Below are positions 1 through 8,480 of a stretch of DNA of 45,705 bases, piece after piece. How positions within the stretch are numbered: the first letter of the stretch is position 1; every line of letters starts with the position of its first letter. The translations under genes were made by a program, and so were the position numbers. The notes beneath the pieces were generated by a model. That model was given only the letters and a program-made list of their open reading frames with translations, ran no database searches and was not told the DNA's origin. The stretch lies in NCBI GenBank assembly GCA_029932195.1, contig JAOZQN010000002.1, forward strand, positions 1 through 45,705, in the 5' to 3' direction. Source of the stretch: Bacteroidales bacterium (lineage in GTDB: Bacteria; Bacteroidota; Bacteroidia; Bacteroidales; JAOZQN01).

Positions 1-203
1 TAAGTAAAAAAAATGGGGAATTAAATTTGGAAGTTTAAAATGAGAATTACTGCCAAAATAGACTCTTTTGGCTATTTTACAAATGGACACTCAATGGAAA
101 AATTAACTAAAATAGAAATACAAAACGACTCACTATATTTTGATTTTGATTTTTAAAAATCTTAAATTTAGTTAAAAACCCAACACATATCTGATTTTCT
201 ACA

Positions 204-211
204 TATCTTTG
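204..211 (+). promoter_or_regulatory. Bacteroidota-type -7 promoter box (TAtcTTTG)
   Basis: Exact match to the TAnnTTTG consensus, 24 nt upstream of the ATG at 235. Confidence 0.45.
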
Positions 212-234
212 CAAAATATTTAAAATACTAAAAA

Positions 235-708
235 ATGAAGAGAACTATTATTATAACTACCACAATATTTTTTGCTATTTTGTTTTTCTCATTTAAGACT
301 TATGCACAAAGAGATGAACCCGTAAAATGGGAAATTAACCAAGAACAACTCAAAAATAACGAAATAATGCTAACTTTTACTGCAAAAATTGATAAAAGCT
401 GGCATTTATACTCACCATACAACTCAAAAGGAGGAGGACTTCCTCTAACAATAGGACTGGAAGATGAACTTGATAACAAGTTTGAATTGATAGATACAAT
501 TATAGAATCTCGTAAACCAATAGAAGTTTATGATGATATTTTTGAAAAAACAGAAATATTTTTTGATGATAATGTATCGTTTAAACAAAAAATAAAAGTA
601 AAAACAAAAAGTGAATTTATATTAAAAGTAATAATATCAGGACAAGCCTGTAGAGAAGATGGACGATGTGTTCGCATTTACAAAGAATTTGAAATTAAAA
701 TAAACTAA
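235..708 (+). CDS. secreted stand-alone DsbD N-terminal (alpha) domain-like protein
   Basis: 157-aa ORF with an N-terminal signal peptide. Clearly paralogous to the first ~150 aa of the next ORF (PVKW, WHLYSP, EVYDD.FEK.EIFF, FKQKIKV). Carries the Cys pair QACREDGRCV. Confidence 0.7.
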   Translation: MKRTIIITTTIFFAILFFSFKTYAQRDEPVKWEINQEQLKNNEIMLTFTAKIDKSWHLYSPYNSKGGGLPLTIGLEDELDNKFELIDTIIESRKPIEVYDDIFEKTEIFFDDNVSFKQKIKVKTKSEFILKVIISGQACREDGRCVRIYKEFEIKIN

Positions 709-730
709 AATACCCTAATTTAATTTTATT

Positions 731-2875
731 ATGAAAAGAATCTTTAATTTATCCATTTTATTTATTGTGTTATTTAACACAAGTATCTATGCACAAGTGG
801 ATAATCCCGTAAAATGGAAGGTTAGCCAACAAAAAGTTAGCGACAACGAAGTAATGCTTATTTTTAAAGCAACAATAGACGAGGGCTGGCATTTATATTC
901 ACCATTCAATCCACCTGGAGGTTCGGTTGCTTTAGGTATTTATATAGAAGAGGAAGACATCTATAAAAATAAACTCAAATTTTCTGGAAAAATAATAGAA
1001 TCACCAAAACCAAAAGAGGTTTATGATGATGTCTTTGAAAAAATAGAAATATTTTTTGAACACAAAGCCACTTTTAAACAAAAAATAAAAGTTATTTCAG
1101 AAACAGATTTTACTCTCACAATTACAGTGGACGGGCAAACTTGTTTGGAGGATGGACGTTGTGTTGCTTTTTCGGAAGACTTTGATTTTCAGATAAAAGG
1201 AGCACCAAAAGCAGAAGAAATTGAAGAAACACCACCAATAATTGAAGAAAAAACAGATACTTTAGATATTGACACTTTAGATATAGTTAATTTAGATACT
1301 AATATTGTTGAAAAAGAGATTGATACAATACAACGTATAAGTTTAGAACGAGGTAAAACTACTCCAATAATTATATCTGAAAATAATTGGGCAAACAAAG
1401 ACGAAAAAAAATCATTATTCTGGTTTTTCTTTATCGCATTGGGTTTGGGACTTACCGCCTTGCTCACACCCTGCGTATTTCCTATGATTCCTATGACTGT
1501 CTCGTTTTTTATAAAAGGAGAAGGCGAAAAAGCAAAAGGCAGAATGCAAGCAATTATTTATGGAGTATCAATTGTAGCAATTTACACGCTCCCAATCGCA
1601 ATAATTATAGCAATTGCCAATTTGGGAGGCAAAGGAGCAGTCTCGGCAGATTTTGCTAACTTCCTAAGCACTCACTGGTTACCAAATGTATTTTTCTTTT
1701 TGATATTTGTAATATTTGCCGCCTCGTTTTTTGGAATGTTTGAAATTACACTACCAAACTGGATGCTAAATAAATCTGACAAACAAACGTCAAAAGGCGG
1801 ATTAATAGGAATATTTTTTATGGCATTCACACTTGTGCTTGTATCGTTCTCATGCACAGGACCTATTGTTGGCGGGATTATCGCACAATCTACGCAAGGC
1901 GGAGATATGCTAAAACCAATTGTGGGCATGCTCGGATTTTCTATGGGTGTTGCAATACCGTTTACGCTGTTTGCATTTTTCCCATCGCTACTCAAAAACC
2001 TCCCAAAATCAGGCGGTTGGCTCAATTCAGTAAAAGTTGTTCTCGGATTTATAGAACTTGCACTTGGACTAAAATTCCTAAGTATTGCCGACCAAACTTA
2101 CCACTGGGGAATTTTGGACAGAGAGGTTTATATTGCATTTTGGATAGTAATTTTTGCTTTGTTGGGCATGTATTTGCTTGGCAAAATAAAATTCTCTCAC
2201 GACAGCGATATGCCCTACTTAAAAGTTCCACGACTTATGATGGCTATAATAGTTTTTACTTTCGTAATTTATCTCGTTCCAGGAATGTTTGGTGCTCCAC
2301 TAAAAGCCCTTTCGGGATATTTGCCACCAAATTCAACCCACGATTTCAACCTTGCAGGCATGATAAAAGGCGACCAAGAATCTACAATTTGTGAAACACC
2401 AAAATATGAGGACGAACTTCACTTACCTCACGGATTAAGAGGTTATTATGAAGTATATCAAGCACTTAATTGTTCAAAAGAAAATAAGAAACCAGTTTTT
2501 ATTGATTTCACTGGACACGGCTGTGTAAACTGCCGACAAATGGAAGAGAACGTTTGGTCTGATCCAAAAGCTCTTAAAATTCTAAAAGAAGATTACGTTA
2601 TTTTATCACTTTACGTTGATGATAAGAAGGTTAAAGTGCCAGAAAAAGAATGGTTTACTTCTTCTGCCGACGGAAAAGTTAAGAAAACTCTTGGAAAACA
2701 AAACTCTGATATTCAAACAGTTAATTTCAATAAAAATTCGCAGCCATACTACGTATTAATAGACCACAACGGAGTAGTATTGGCAGAACCAACAGAGTTT
2801 AATCCAAAAGTAGAAGATTTTATTGAATTTTTAGAAGAAGGCAAAAAAGAATACGCAAGACTTCACCCATTTTAG
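731..2875 (+). CDS. dsbD: thiol:disulfide interchange protein DsbD (alpha domain + membrane domain + thioredoxin domain)
   Basis: 714 aa. Signal peptide; alpha-domain Cys pair QTCLEDGRCV; multi-TM core with conserved Cys (LTPCVFPMIP, SFSCTGPIVG); C-terminal thioredoxin fold with CVNC active site. Confidence 0.85.
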   Translation: MKRIFNLSILFIVLFNTSIYAQVDNPVKWKVSQQKVSDNEVMLIFKATIDEGWHLYSPFNPPGGSVALGIYIEEEDIYKNKLKFSGKIIESPKPKEVYDDVFEKIEIFFEHKATFKQKIKVISETDFTLTITVDGQTCLEDGRCVAFSEDFDFQIKGAPKAEEIEETPPIIEEKTDTLDIDTLDIVNLDTNIVEKEIDTIQRISLERGKTTPIIISENNWANKDEKKSLFWFFFIALGLGLTALLTPCVFPMIPMTVSFFIKGEGEKAKGRMQAIIYGVSIVAIYTLPIAIIIAIANLGGKGAVSADFANFLSTHWLPNVFFFLIFVIFAASFFGMFEITLPNWMLNKSDKQTSKGGLIGIFFMAFTLVLVSFSCTGPIVGGIIAQSTQGGDMLKPIVGMLGFSMGVAIPFTLFAFFPSLLKNLPKSGGWLNSVKVVLGFIELALGLKFLSIADQTYHWGILDREVYIAFWIVIFALLGMYLLGKIKFSHDSDMPYLKVPRLMMAIIVFTFVIYLVPGMFGAPLKALSGYLPPNSTHDFNLAGMIKGDQESTICETPKYEDELHLPHGLRGYYEVYQALNCSKENKKPVFIDFTGHGCVNCRQMEENVWSDPKALKILKEDYVILSLYVDDKKVKVPEKEWFTSSADGKVKKTLGKQNSDIQTVNFNKNSQPYYVLIDHNGVVLAEPTEFNPKVEDFIEFLEEGKKEYARLHPF
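1256..1300 (+). repeat. 3 x 15-bp imperfect in-frame tandem repeat in the DsbD linker
   Basis: gatactttagatatt / gacactttagatata / gttaatttagatact, encoding DTLDI-DTLDI-VNLDT between the alpha domain and the first TM helix. Confidence 0.8.
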
Positions 2876-2905
2876 AGTTTTGAATTGAACTATTAAACCC
2901 AATTA

Positions 2906-2962
2906 ATGTCTAAATATTTAAAAATAGTAATTTTTTTTTAAATATTTAGACATTTTTATTTG
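2906..2962 (+). terminator. intrinsic terminator-like hairpin after dsbD
   Basis: Perfect 19-bp inverted repeat (atgtctaaatatttaaaaa / tttttaaatatttagacat) with a 10-nt loop, followed by ttttatttg. Lies 30 nt after the stop codon. Confidence 0.6.
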
Positions 2963-3057
2963 TATATAACCTTATATTATTGTTATTTTGTATTTAGGAT
3001 AAAAATAGTTTCTTGATACAATTGTTATAAAAAACAATATTATTATTAAAATTTAAA

Positions 3058-5250
3058 ATGGATAATAAAAAAACACCCGTAAAATTTAATAAAGTATATA
3101 ATCTTTTATTAAATCAAAAAATAGCCGAGTCAATAATTATTTTAAAAGAAATAATAAAAGAAGACAAAAGTGCCGAAAATAAAAATGAATTAGAAAAACA
3201 TACAGAAACTTATAAATATTTATTAGAATATTATAAGCAAGGGATTGAAGACCCCTATCGAAAAAAAATACATTCCGATATTTTAAAATCACTTTTTGAC
3301 CTTACTGATAAAATAAGAGAATCTATTTTGGCACAAAATCTTTCGCTAAAAACTTATGAATGGAAACGTAGAAAAGAAAAATATTCGCTGAAAATTATTA
3401 ACAAAACAAACAAATTAATAAATACAAAATCGGATTTAGAAGACGACAATCAAATGAAAAGTCGTTTACAAATAACAAGAGATATTTTTATATCTTTATG
3501 GTTTACAGATAAATATACAGAATCTGAAAGCATTAGTGCAAAAGAATTTTTCTTATCCGAGAATATTTATTGGGACGAAAAAGCACTTGCAGTAAGTGCA
3601 ATAAACTTAAGTTTGTTCAAAAGTTTTGATGCACGAAAAATAGATTTACTTTTTGATATTTTTCAAGAAAACGAAGATAGAATTTGGCAACGAGCACTGG
3701 TAGGACTAATAATTTCGTTATATATACACGAAGACCGAATACAATTTTATCCAGAACTATCCAAAAAAATTAATAATATATCAGAAATAAGCAAGGCTGA
3801 AGAAAAAATAGAACATGTAATTCTTCAACTAATAAAAACCAAAGAAACAGAAGACATAATTAAAAAATTTCGTGAAGAAATTTTACCAGAAGTAATTAAA
3901 TTTCAACCAAAAATTAATAGTAAATTAGACTTAGACGAAATTATTTCCGAAAGTCTTATTGAAGATGAAAATCCAGATTGGGAAAAGATTTTTGGAGAAG
4001 ATTCTGCTGGTTTTGTAAATAAAATGGAGGAATTTTCCATGATGCAAATGGAAGGTGCAGACGTGCTAATGAGTGCATTTTCTCAACTTAAAGATTTTAA
4101 CTTTTTCTATGATTTAATAAACTGGTTTACACCTTTCTACCAAGAGAATTTAGAAATAAAAAAAGTTTTTAAAAATCATGTAGAAGGAACAGTTAAAGAA
4201 TTTGATTCTGATAAGTTTTTAGAGCAATTAGAAACATCGTCTTATATGTGTAACTCCGATAAATACTCATTTTGTTTGAACTTGGAACGAATGCCAGCAC
4301 AAGAAAAAAATATGGTTCTAAATCTTTTCAACATGCAAATAGATTCCATAAGCGAAGTGGACGAAACAGATAATTTATCAGACGAACTTGGTGGCGAGCA
4401 ACAAATTATAACTCAGTATATACAAGACCTTTATAGGTTTTTCAAACTTTATAAAGATAAGAAAGAATTTGCAGATATTTTTAGTCTGAAATTAGATATT
4501 TATAAAAAAGATTTTTATAAAAAAGTAATAAAAAATGATTATAGTATTCAAAATATAGCAGAATTGTATTTTGAAAAAAAATACTACGACGATGCAATTG
4601 AAGCTTTTAAAAAAATATTAGAAAGCGGAGAAAGTGAATCAGTTTTTTACGAAAAAATAGGGTATTCTTATCAACGATTATTAGATTATGAAAATGCTCT
4701 TGATTATTATCATAAAGCAGAGTTATTTGACGTTAATACTAAGTGGATTAATAAAAAAATTGCATTCTGTAATTTAAAATTAAATAATTATCAGAAAGCA
4801 TTAGAACATTACCAAAAAGTAGAAAAAGAAGACCCAGAAGATCTTCATACTCAAACAAATATTGGGCATTGTTACTTGCACATGAAAAACTATGAAGAGG
4901 CTTTGAAATATTATTTTAAAGTGGAATTTTTTGCACCGTCGAATATCAAAGTAATGAGACCAATAGCCTGGTGCTCGCTAATTGAAGGAAAAATAGAACA
5001 GGCGATAAAATATTATACAAAATTATTAGAAAAAGAAGCTACAAAATATGACTACATGAACCTGGGACATTCATATTTTTGTAAAAATGATAAATTAAAT
5101 GCGATAAAATATTATAGAAAAAGTTTGGAAATATTTAAAAATAATAGTAAATTTGTTACCGAATTTGAAGAAGACCAACATTATATCCAGAAACATGGAA
5201 TTATTGAATTTGATATAAAACTAATGTTAGATTTAATTTTAACCATATAA
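3058..5250 (+). CDS. tetratricopeptide (TPR) repeat protein
   Basis: 730 aa. The C-terminal ~230 aa show repeated 34-aa TPR-like units (AIEAFKKILE, ALDYYHKAEL, ALEHYQKVEK, ALKYYFKVEF, AIKYYTKLLE, AIKYYRKSLE). The N-terminal part is uncharacterised. Confidence 0.7.
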   Translation: MDNKKTPVKFNKVYNLLLNQKIAESIIILKEIIKEDKSAENKNELEKHTETYKYLLEYYKQGIEDPYRKKIHSDILKSLFDLTDKIRESILAQNLSLKTYEWKRRKEKYSLKIINKTNKLINTKSDLEDDNQMKSRLQITRDIFISLWFTDKYTESESISAKEFFLSENIYWDEKALAVSAINLSLFKSFDARKIDLLFDIFQENEDRIWQRALVGLIISLYIHEDRIQFYPELSKKINNISEISKAEEKIEHVILQLIKTKETEDIIKKFREEILPEVIKFQPKINSKLDLDEIISESLIEDENPDWEKIFGEDSAGFVNKMEEFSMMQMEGADVLMSAFSQLKDFNFFYDLINWFTPFYQENLEIKKVFKNHVEGTVKEFDSDKFLEQLETSSYMCNSDKYSFCLNLERMPAQEKNMVLNLFNMQIDSISEVDETDNLSDELGGEQQIITQYIQDLYRFFKLYKDKKEFADIFSLKLDIYKKDFYKKVIKNDYSIQNIAELYFEKKYYDDAIEAFKKILESGESESVFYEKIGYSYQRLLDYENALDYYHKAELFDVNTKWINKKIAFCNLKLNNYQKALEHYQKVEKEDPEDLHTQTNIGHCYLHMKNYEEALKYYFKVEFFAPSNIKVMRPIAWCSLIEGKIEQAIKYYTKLLEKEATKYDYMNLGHSYFCKNDKLNAIKYYRKSLEIFKNNSKFVTEFEEDQHYIQKHGIIEFDIKLMLDLILTI

Positions 5251-5390
5251 TAATAAAATTTTATTTGCTATCATCTGACAACAAATAAGTTAAATTAAAA
5301 GAGTATAATAACTCTTTAATAAACATTAACTATTGAAGAATATTTTTCATAAAAAAGTCATTAATATTTTTGAAAAAAAAAAAAAGATAT

Positions 5391-5398
5391 TAACTTTG
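5391..5398 (+). promoter_or_regulatory. -7 promoter box (TAacTTTG) for rpsU
   Basis: Exact TAnnTTTG match 67 nt upstream of the rpsU ATG, preceded by an A13 tract (5373..5385). Confidence 0.45.
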
Positions 5399-5464
5399 CA
5401 ATCTTAAATAAAAACTCATAATACAATCGGAATTATTAAAATATTTCCATAAAAATTTTATACC

Positions 5465-5662
5465 ATGATAATTGTTGCAGTAAAAGAAAACGAAAACATA
5501 GAAAGAGCTCTCAAAAGATTTAAGAGAAAATTTGAAAAAACCAGAGTAATGAGAGAAATACGTGCAAGAAAAGTATATAAAAAGCCATCGCAAGCTAAAA
5601 GAGAAATGATAAGTAAGGCTGTTTATATTCAAGGACTTAAAAGAGAGAATGACGAGGTGTAA
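5465..5662 (+). CDS. rpsU: 30S ribosomal protein S21
   Basis: 65-aa basic protein; IERALKRFKRKFEKTRVMREIRARKVYKKPS matches the S21 family pattern. Confidence 0.9.
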   Translation: MIIVAVKENENIERALKRFKRKFEKTRVMREIRARKVYKKPSQAKREMISKAVYIQGLKRENDEV

Positions 5663-5709
5663 AACTCAAAATTTAAAATTTGATTTTTGTTTCATAAATT
5701 TTTTTTTGT

Positions 5710-5740
5710 GCCATAATCACTCGTGATTATGGCTTTTTTT
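5710..5740 (+). terminator. rho-independent terminator after rpsU
   Basis: GC-containing hairpin gccataatcac..gtgattatggc immediately followed by T7. Confidence 0.75.
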
Positions 5741-5757
5741 AGTATAACATTTTTTTT

Positions 5758-6081
5758 ATGAATAATCTAAAAATAAATACATTAGAAACAGCAACAAAAG
5801 TTCCATTTAATTTAGATGGTAAAATAATGTTTGGTAATTCTAGTGTAGAAATAATACACCTGACCCTAAAACCCTCCGAAAAATTGGATAAACATACAAA
5901 TCCAGCAGACGCTGTCTTTTATGTTTTGTCGGGGAAAGGCATACTTTTTTATGATGACAAGAAGATCGAAGTTTCTGCTAATTCTTGTTTTGAAATAAAA
6001 AAAGAAATAAAAAGAGGTTGGGAAAATACAAATAACTCGGAGCTTAAACTTCTTGTAGTAAAACAATTAGTCGTTAGTTAA
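5758..6081 (+). CDS. cupin domain protein
   Basis: 107 aa. Size and beta-rich pattern (H.L....L..H..P.D.VFYVLSG.G) are typical of small single-domain cupins. The stop codon lies inside the left target-site duplication of the adjacent MITE. Confidence 0.55.
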   Translation: MNNLKINTLETATKVPFNLDGKIMFGNSSVEIIHLTLKPSEKLDKHTNPADAVFYVLSGKGILFYDDKKIEVSANSCFEIKKEIKRGWENTNNSELKLLVVKQLVVS

Positions 6082-6085
6082 AAGT

Positions 6086-6208
6086 GGCGTTTTTCGCAAG
6101 TGCCAATTTTGTCGTTACTTTTGAAATTTTAAAATACTCATTTACAAATGTAAACTTCAATTCTAAAATTTCAAAAAAGCCTTGAACTTAACACCCGTGA
6201 AAAATGCC
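6086..6208 (+). mobile_element. 123-bp MITE-like palindromic element, copy A (decayed terminal inverted repeats)
   Basis: 111/123 identical, without gaps, to the reverse complement of 17660..17782 (hand alignment). Flanked by a perfect 8-bp direct repeat TTAAAAGT (6078..6085 and 6209..6216). Confidence 0.8.
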
Positions 6209-6245
6209 TTAAAAGTTGATTAATTATATCAAAAACTATATTCTT

Positions 6246-6401
6246 GCGTCCACTCCGAAAAGCATCTTTTTGCCAAACTCGGCGTTGGATACTTATTTTA
6301 AAATACTCATTTACAATAAGTGCAATGAGACATGCTCATTGTATTTTTAAAATTTGTATCCGCCTTTATTTTGAAAAAAATAGACTTATCGGAACGGACT
6401 C
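6246..6401. mobile_element. 156-bp palindromic element related to the MITE family (shares the AAAATACTCATTTACA box)
   Basis: The left arm gcgtccactccgaaaagcatcttttt pairs imperfectly with the right arm ..tagacttatcggaacggactc. Flanked by the direct repeat ATTCTT (6240..6245 and 6402..6407). Confidence 0.55.
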
Positions 6402-6443
6402 ATTCTTTAATAATTTCGTAATTCTAAAAATAATTATTCTGAG

Positions 6444-6695
6444 ATGAAATACATTGGAAAAATAAATATAATGCCACTAAAAGCATTATTAGACCCACAA
6501 GGGAAAGCAGTAAATCAAAACATGGAGAACATTGGTTTTAAGACAGTTTCAGATGTTAGAATAGGCAAACATATAGAAATAAAACTTGAAGCAGATGACA
6601 AAAAACATGCAGAAGAATTAGTAAATGAGGCTTGTAAGAAAATATTGTCAAATGTAGTAATGGAAAGTTACGAATTTACAATAGAAGAAATTTAA
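6444..6695 (+). CDS. purS: phosphoribosylformylglycinamidine synthase subunit PurS
   Basis: 83 aa. LDPQGKAV...GF..V.DVRIGK.IEI and the C-terminal SN.VMESYEF match the PurS family. Confidence 0.8.
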   Translation: MKYIGKINIMPLKALLDPQGKAVNQNMENIGFKTVSDVRIGKHIEIKLEADDKKHAEELVNEACKKILSNVVMESYEFTIEEI

Positions 6696-7703
6696 ATGAA
6701 GAAGAAACTTTTAAATATTTTAAAAATAACAATTTTTATATCAATTGGTGTATTTTTATTTTGGCTTGTTTATAGAAAACAAGATATTGGTGAAATAAAA
6801 GAAGCACTGTTACAAGCTGATTTAAAATGGATTATACTTTCTCTGTTTTTCGGATTGCTCAGTCATTTGAGTAGAGCAATACGCTGGAAAATACTAATAA
6901 AACCTTTGGGTTACAATCCTAAAATCAAGAATTTATTTTTTTCAGTAATGGTAATGTATCTTACCAACCATGCAATACCTCGCTCTGGCGAATTTGTGCG
7001 TTGTGGAATTGTGGATAGATATGAAAAAATACCTTTCTCTAAATTACTTGGAACGGTTATAGCAGAGCGAGTTATAGATGTATTAATGCTTGCAATTCTA
7101 ACTCTGATTGTCTTTGCAACACAATATTCTGTAATATTAGATTTTGTAAATAATAATCCTGGAATAATTGAAAATATATCAAATATTTTCAACTCAATAC
7201 CATTAATTATTGGAGTTTCTCTTTTTGGAATTATTATTTTAGTCATTTTATTTATTTTCAGAAAGAAAATAGTAAAAACAACTATTTATAAAAAAATAGA
7301 AGAGACTTTAAAAAATTTCGCTACTGGTTTTAAAACAGTTATTTCGTTAAAAGAAAATAAACTTGCCTTTTTATTACACACAATATTTATTTGGGCAATG
7401 TATTTTGTAATGATATATACTGTATTTCTTTGTTTTGAAGACACACGTAACTTACCAGTCATGACTGGACTAACCATCTTTGTTCTAACGGCTTACGGAA
7501 TTGTAATTCCTTCACCGGGAGGTATTGGGACTTGGCATTTTATTGCAATTGAAACTCTATTTATTTATGGTGTGCCAAAAGACCCAACGGGAAATACTTT
7601 TGCTATTGTAGCCCATGAGTCTCAAATGATTATGCTTGTAGTAGTAGGATTTATTTCACTTATTTTACTTCCTATTTTAAATAATAAAATTCAAAAAAAA
7701 TAA
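6696..7703 (+). CDS. LPG-synthase-TM / flippase-like (UPF0104) integral membrane protein
   Basis: 335 aa with ~8 predicted TM helices; RA.RW motif (LSRAIRWKILI) and the PSPGGIG motif typical of this family. ATG directly abuts the purS stop. Confidence 0.55.
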   Translation: MKKKLLNILKITIFISIGVFLFWLVYRKQDIGEIKEALLQADLKWIILSLFFGLLSHLSRAIRWKILIKPLGYNPKIKNLFFSVMVMYLTNHAIPRSGEFVRCGIVDRYEKIPFSKLLGTVIAERVIDVLMLAILTLIVFATQYSVILDFVNNNPGIIENISNIFNSIPLIIGVSLFGIIILVILFIFRKKIVKTTIYKKIEETLKNFATGFKTVISLKENKLAFLLHTIFIWAMYFVMIYTVFLCFEDTRNLPVMTGLTIFVLTAYGIVIPSPGGIGTWHFIAIETLFIYGVPKDPTGNTFAIVAHESQMIMLVVVGFISLILLPILNNKIQKK

Positions 7704-7732
7704 AATTTTCAATCTAAATTATTATCAAAAAA

Positions 7733-8380
7733 ATGAATGACACAATGAAAAAAGCATCTCTAATTTTAAACATAATTCTTGTTGCAGCAGTAATTCTACT
7801 ATATGTAGATAGATTTGCAAACACTGGAGAAGAAAACAAAAATGCAAAAAAGAACAATCATACAGAAATAGAGTCATCGGGCTATCCAGAAGTTGTTTAC
7901 ATAAACATGGACTCACTTGTTAGTGGATACGACCTTTATAATGTTCTTAGTTTAGAATTAATGCAAAAACAACAGGGCTTTGAAACTCAGCTTAATTCAA
8001 AAATGCTTTCTTATCAAAATAGAACAATGAAATTGCAAGCAGACTACGAAAAACATGTTATCACAAGTGCAAATTATCAGAAAAAAGCAGAAGCAATGAT
8101 GTATGAACAACAACAAATTGCTGGTTGGCAAGAAGAAAAAAGTATGGAATTAATGGAAGACGAGCAAAATTTAACACTCAGAATATTAGATAGCATAATT
8201 ACTGTTGTAAACGAATATAACAAAGACGAAAAACATAAATTAATTGTAAATAACTCTTTTGGCGGAGTATTACTATATGGAGACACAGGTCTAAATATCA
8301 CAGACACAATACTTTCCTCTCTTAATTCAAAAGTAGAACAAGCAAAATTATTAGCACCAAAAGAAGACAACGCACAATAA
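7733..8380 (+). CDS. OmpH/Skp-like periplasmic chaperone family protein
   Basis: 215 aa. N-terminal anchor or signal followed by a long Q/E/K-rich coiled-coil region, as in Bacteroidota OmpH family proteins. The start could instead be the Met at 7745. Confidence 0.5.
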   Translation: MNDTMKKASLILNIILVAAVILLYVDRFANTGEENKNAKKNNHTEIESSGYPEVVYINMDSLVSGYDLYNVLSLELMQKQQGFETQLNSKMLSYQNRTMKLQADYEKHVITSANYQKKAEAMMYEQQQIAGWQEEKSMELMEDEQNLTLRILDSIITVVNEYNKDEKHKLIVNNSFGGVLLYGDTGLNITDTILSSLNSKVEQAKLLAPKEDNAQ

Positions 8381-8430
8381 ATTATCAATATAGCTCCCCT
8401 TCACTTCAAAGTGAGAGTGGATAATAACAT

Positions 8431-8460
8431 TCACCCCCTCACTTCAAAATGAGGGGGTGA
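8431..8460 (+). terminator. GC-rich hairpin (terminator-like), with a degenerate upstream copy at 8396..8420
   Basis: Perfect 11-bp stem tcaccccctca/tgagggggtga with an 8-nt loop, in otherwise AT-rich DNA. The upstream copy ccccttcacttcaaagtgagagtgg shares the CACTTCAAA(A/G)TGAG core. Confidence 0.55.
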
Positions 8461-8480
8461 ATGTTTATAATCTAAAATTT

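Noticed and set aside
40-156. 38-codon ORF (MRITAKIDSFGYFTNGHSMEK...) at the left edge
   Set aside because: It is too short, with no promoter box or recognisable family. It cannot be supported from sequence alone.
5390-5632. 80-aa minus-strand ORF overlapping rpsU
   Set aside because: The + strand product is an unmistakable S21 with its own promoter box and terminator, so the antisense ORF is spurious.
6086-6401. The repeated palindromes (also 17660, 20348, 39444, 40511, 40674) as a CRISPR array
   Set aside because: There is no regular repeat-spacer periodicity. The units are 120-155 bp self-complementary elements scattered over 35 kb, and no cas genes are present.
6244-6447. 67-aa + strand ORF between the cupin gene and purS
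   Set aside because: It lies almost entirely within the 156-bp palindromic element 6246..6401. It has no motif and no promoter box, and its composition is that of the repeat. It is almost certainly non-coding.
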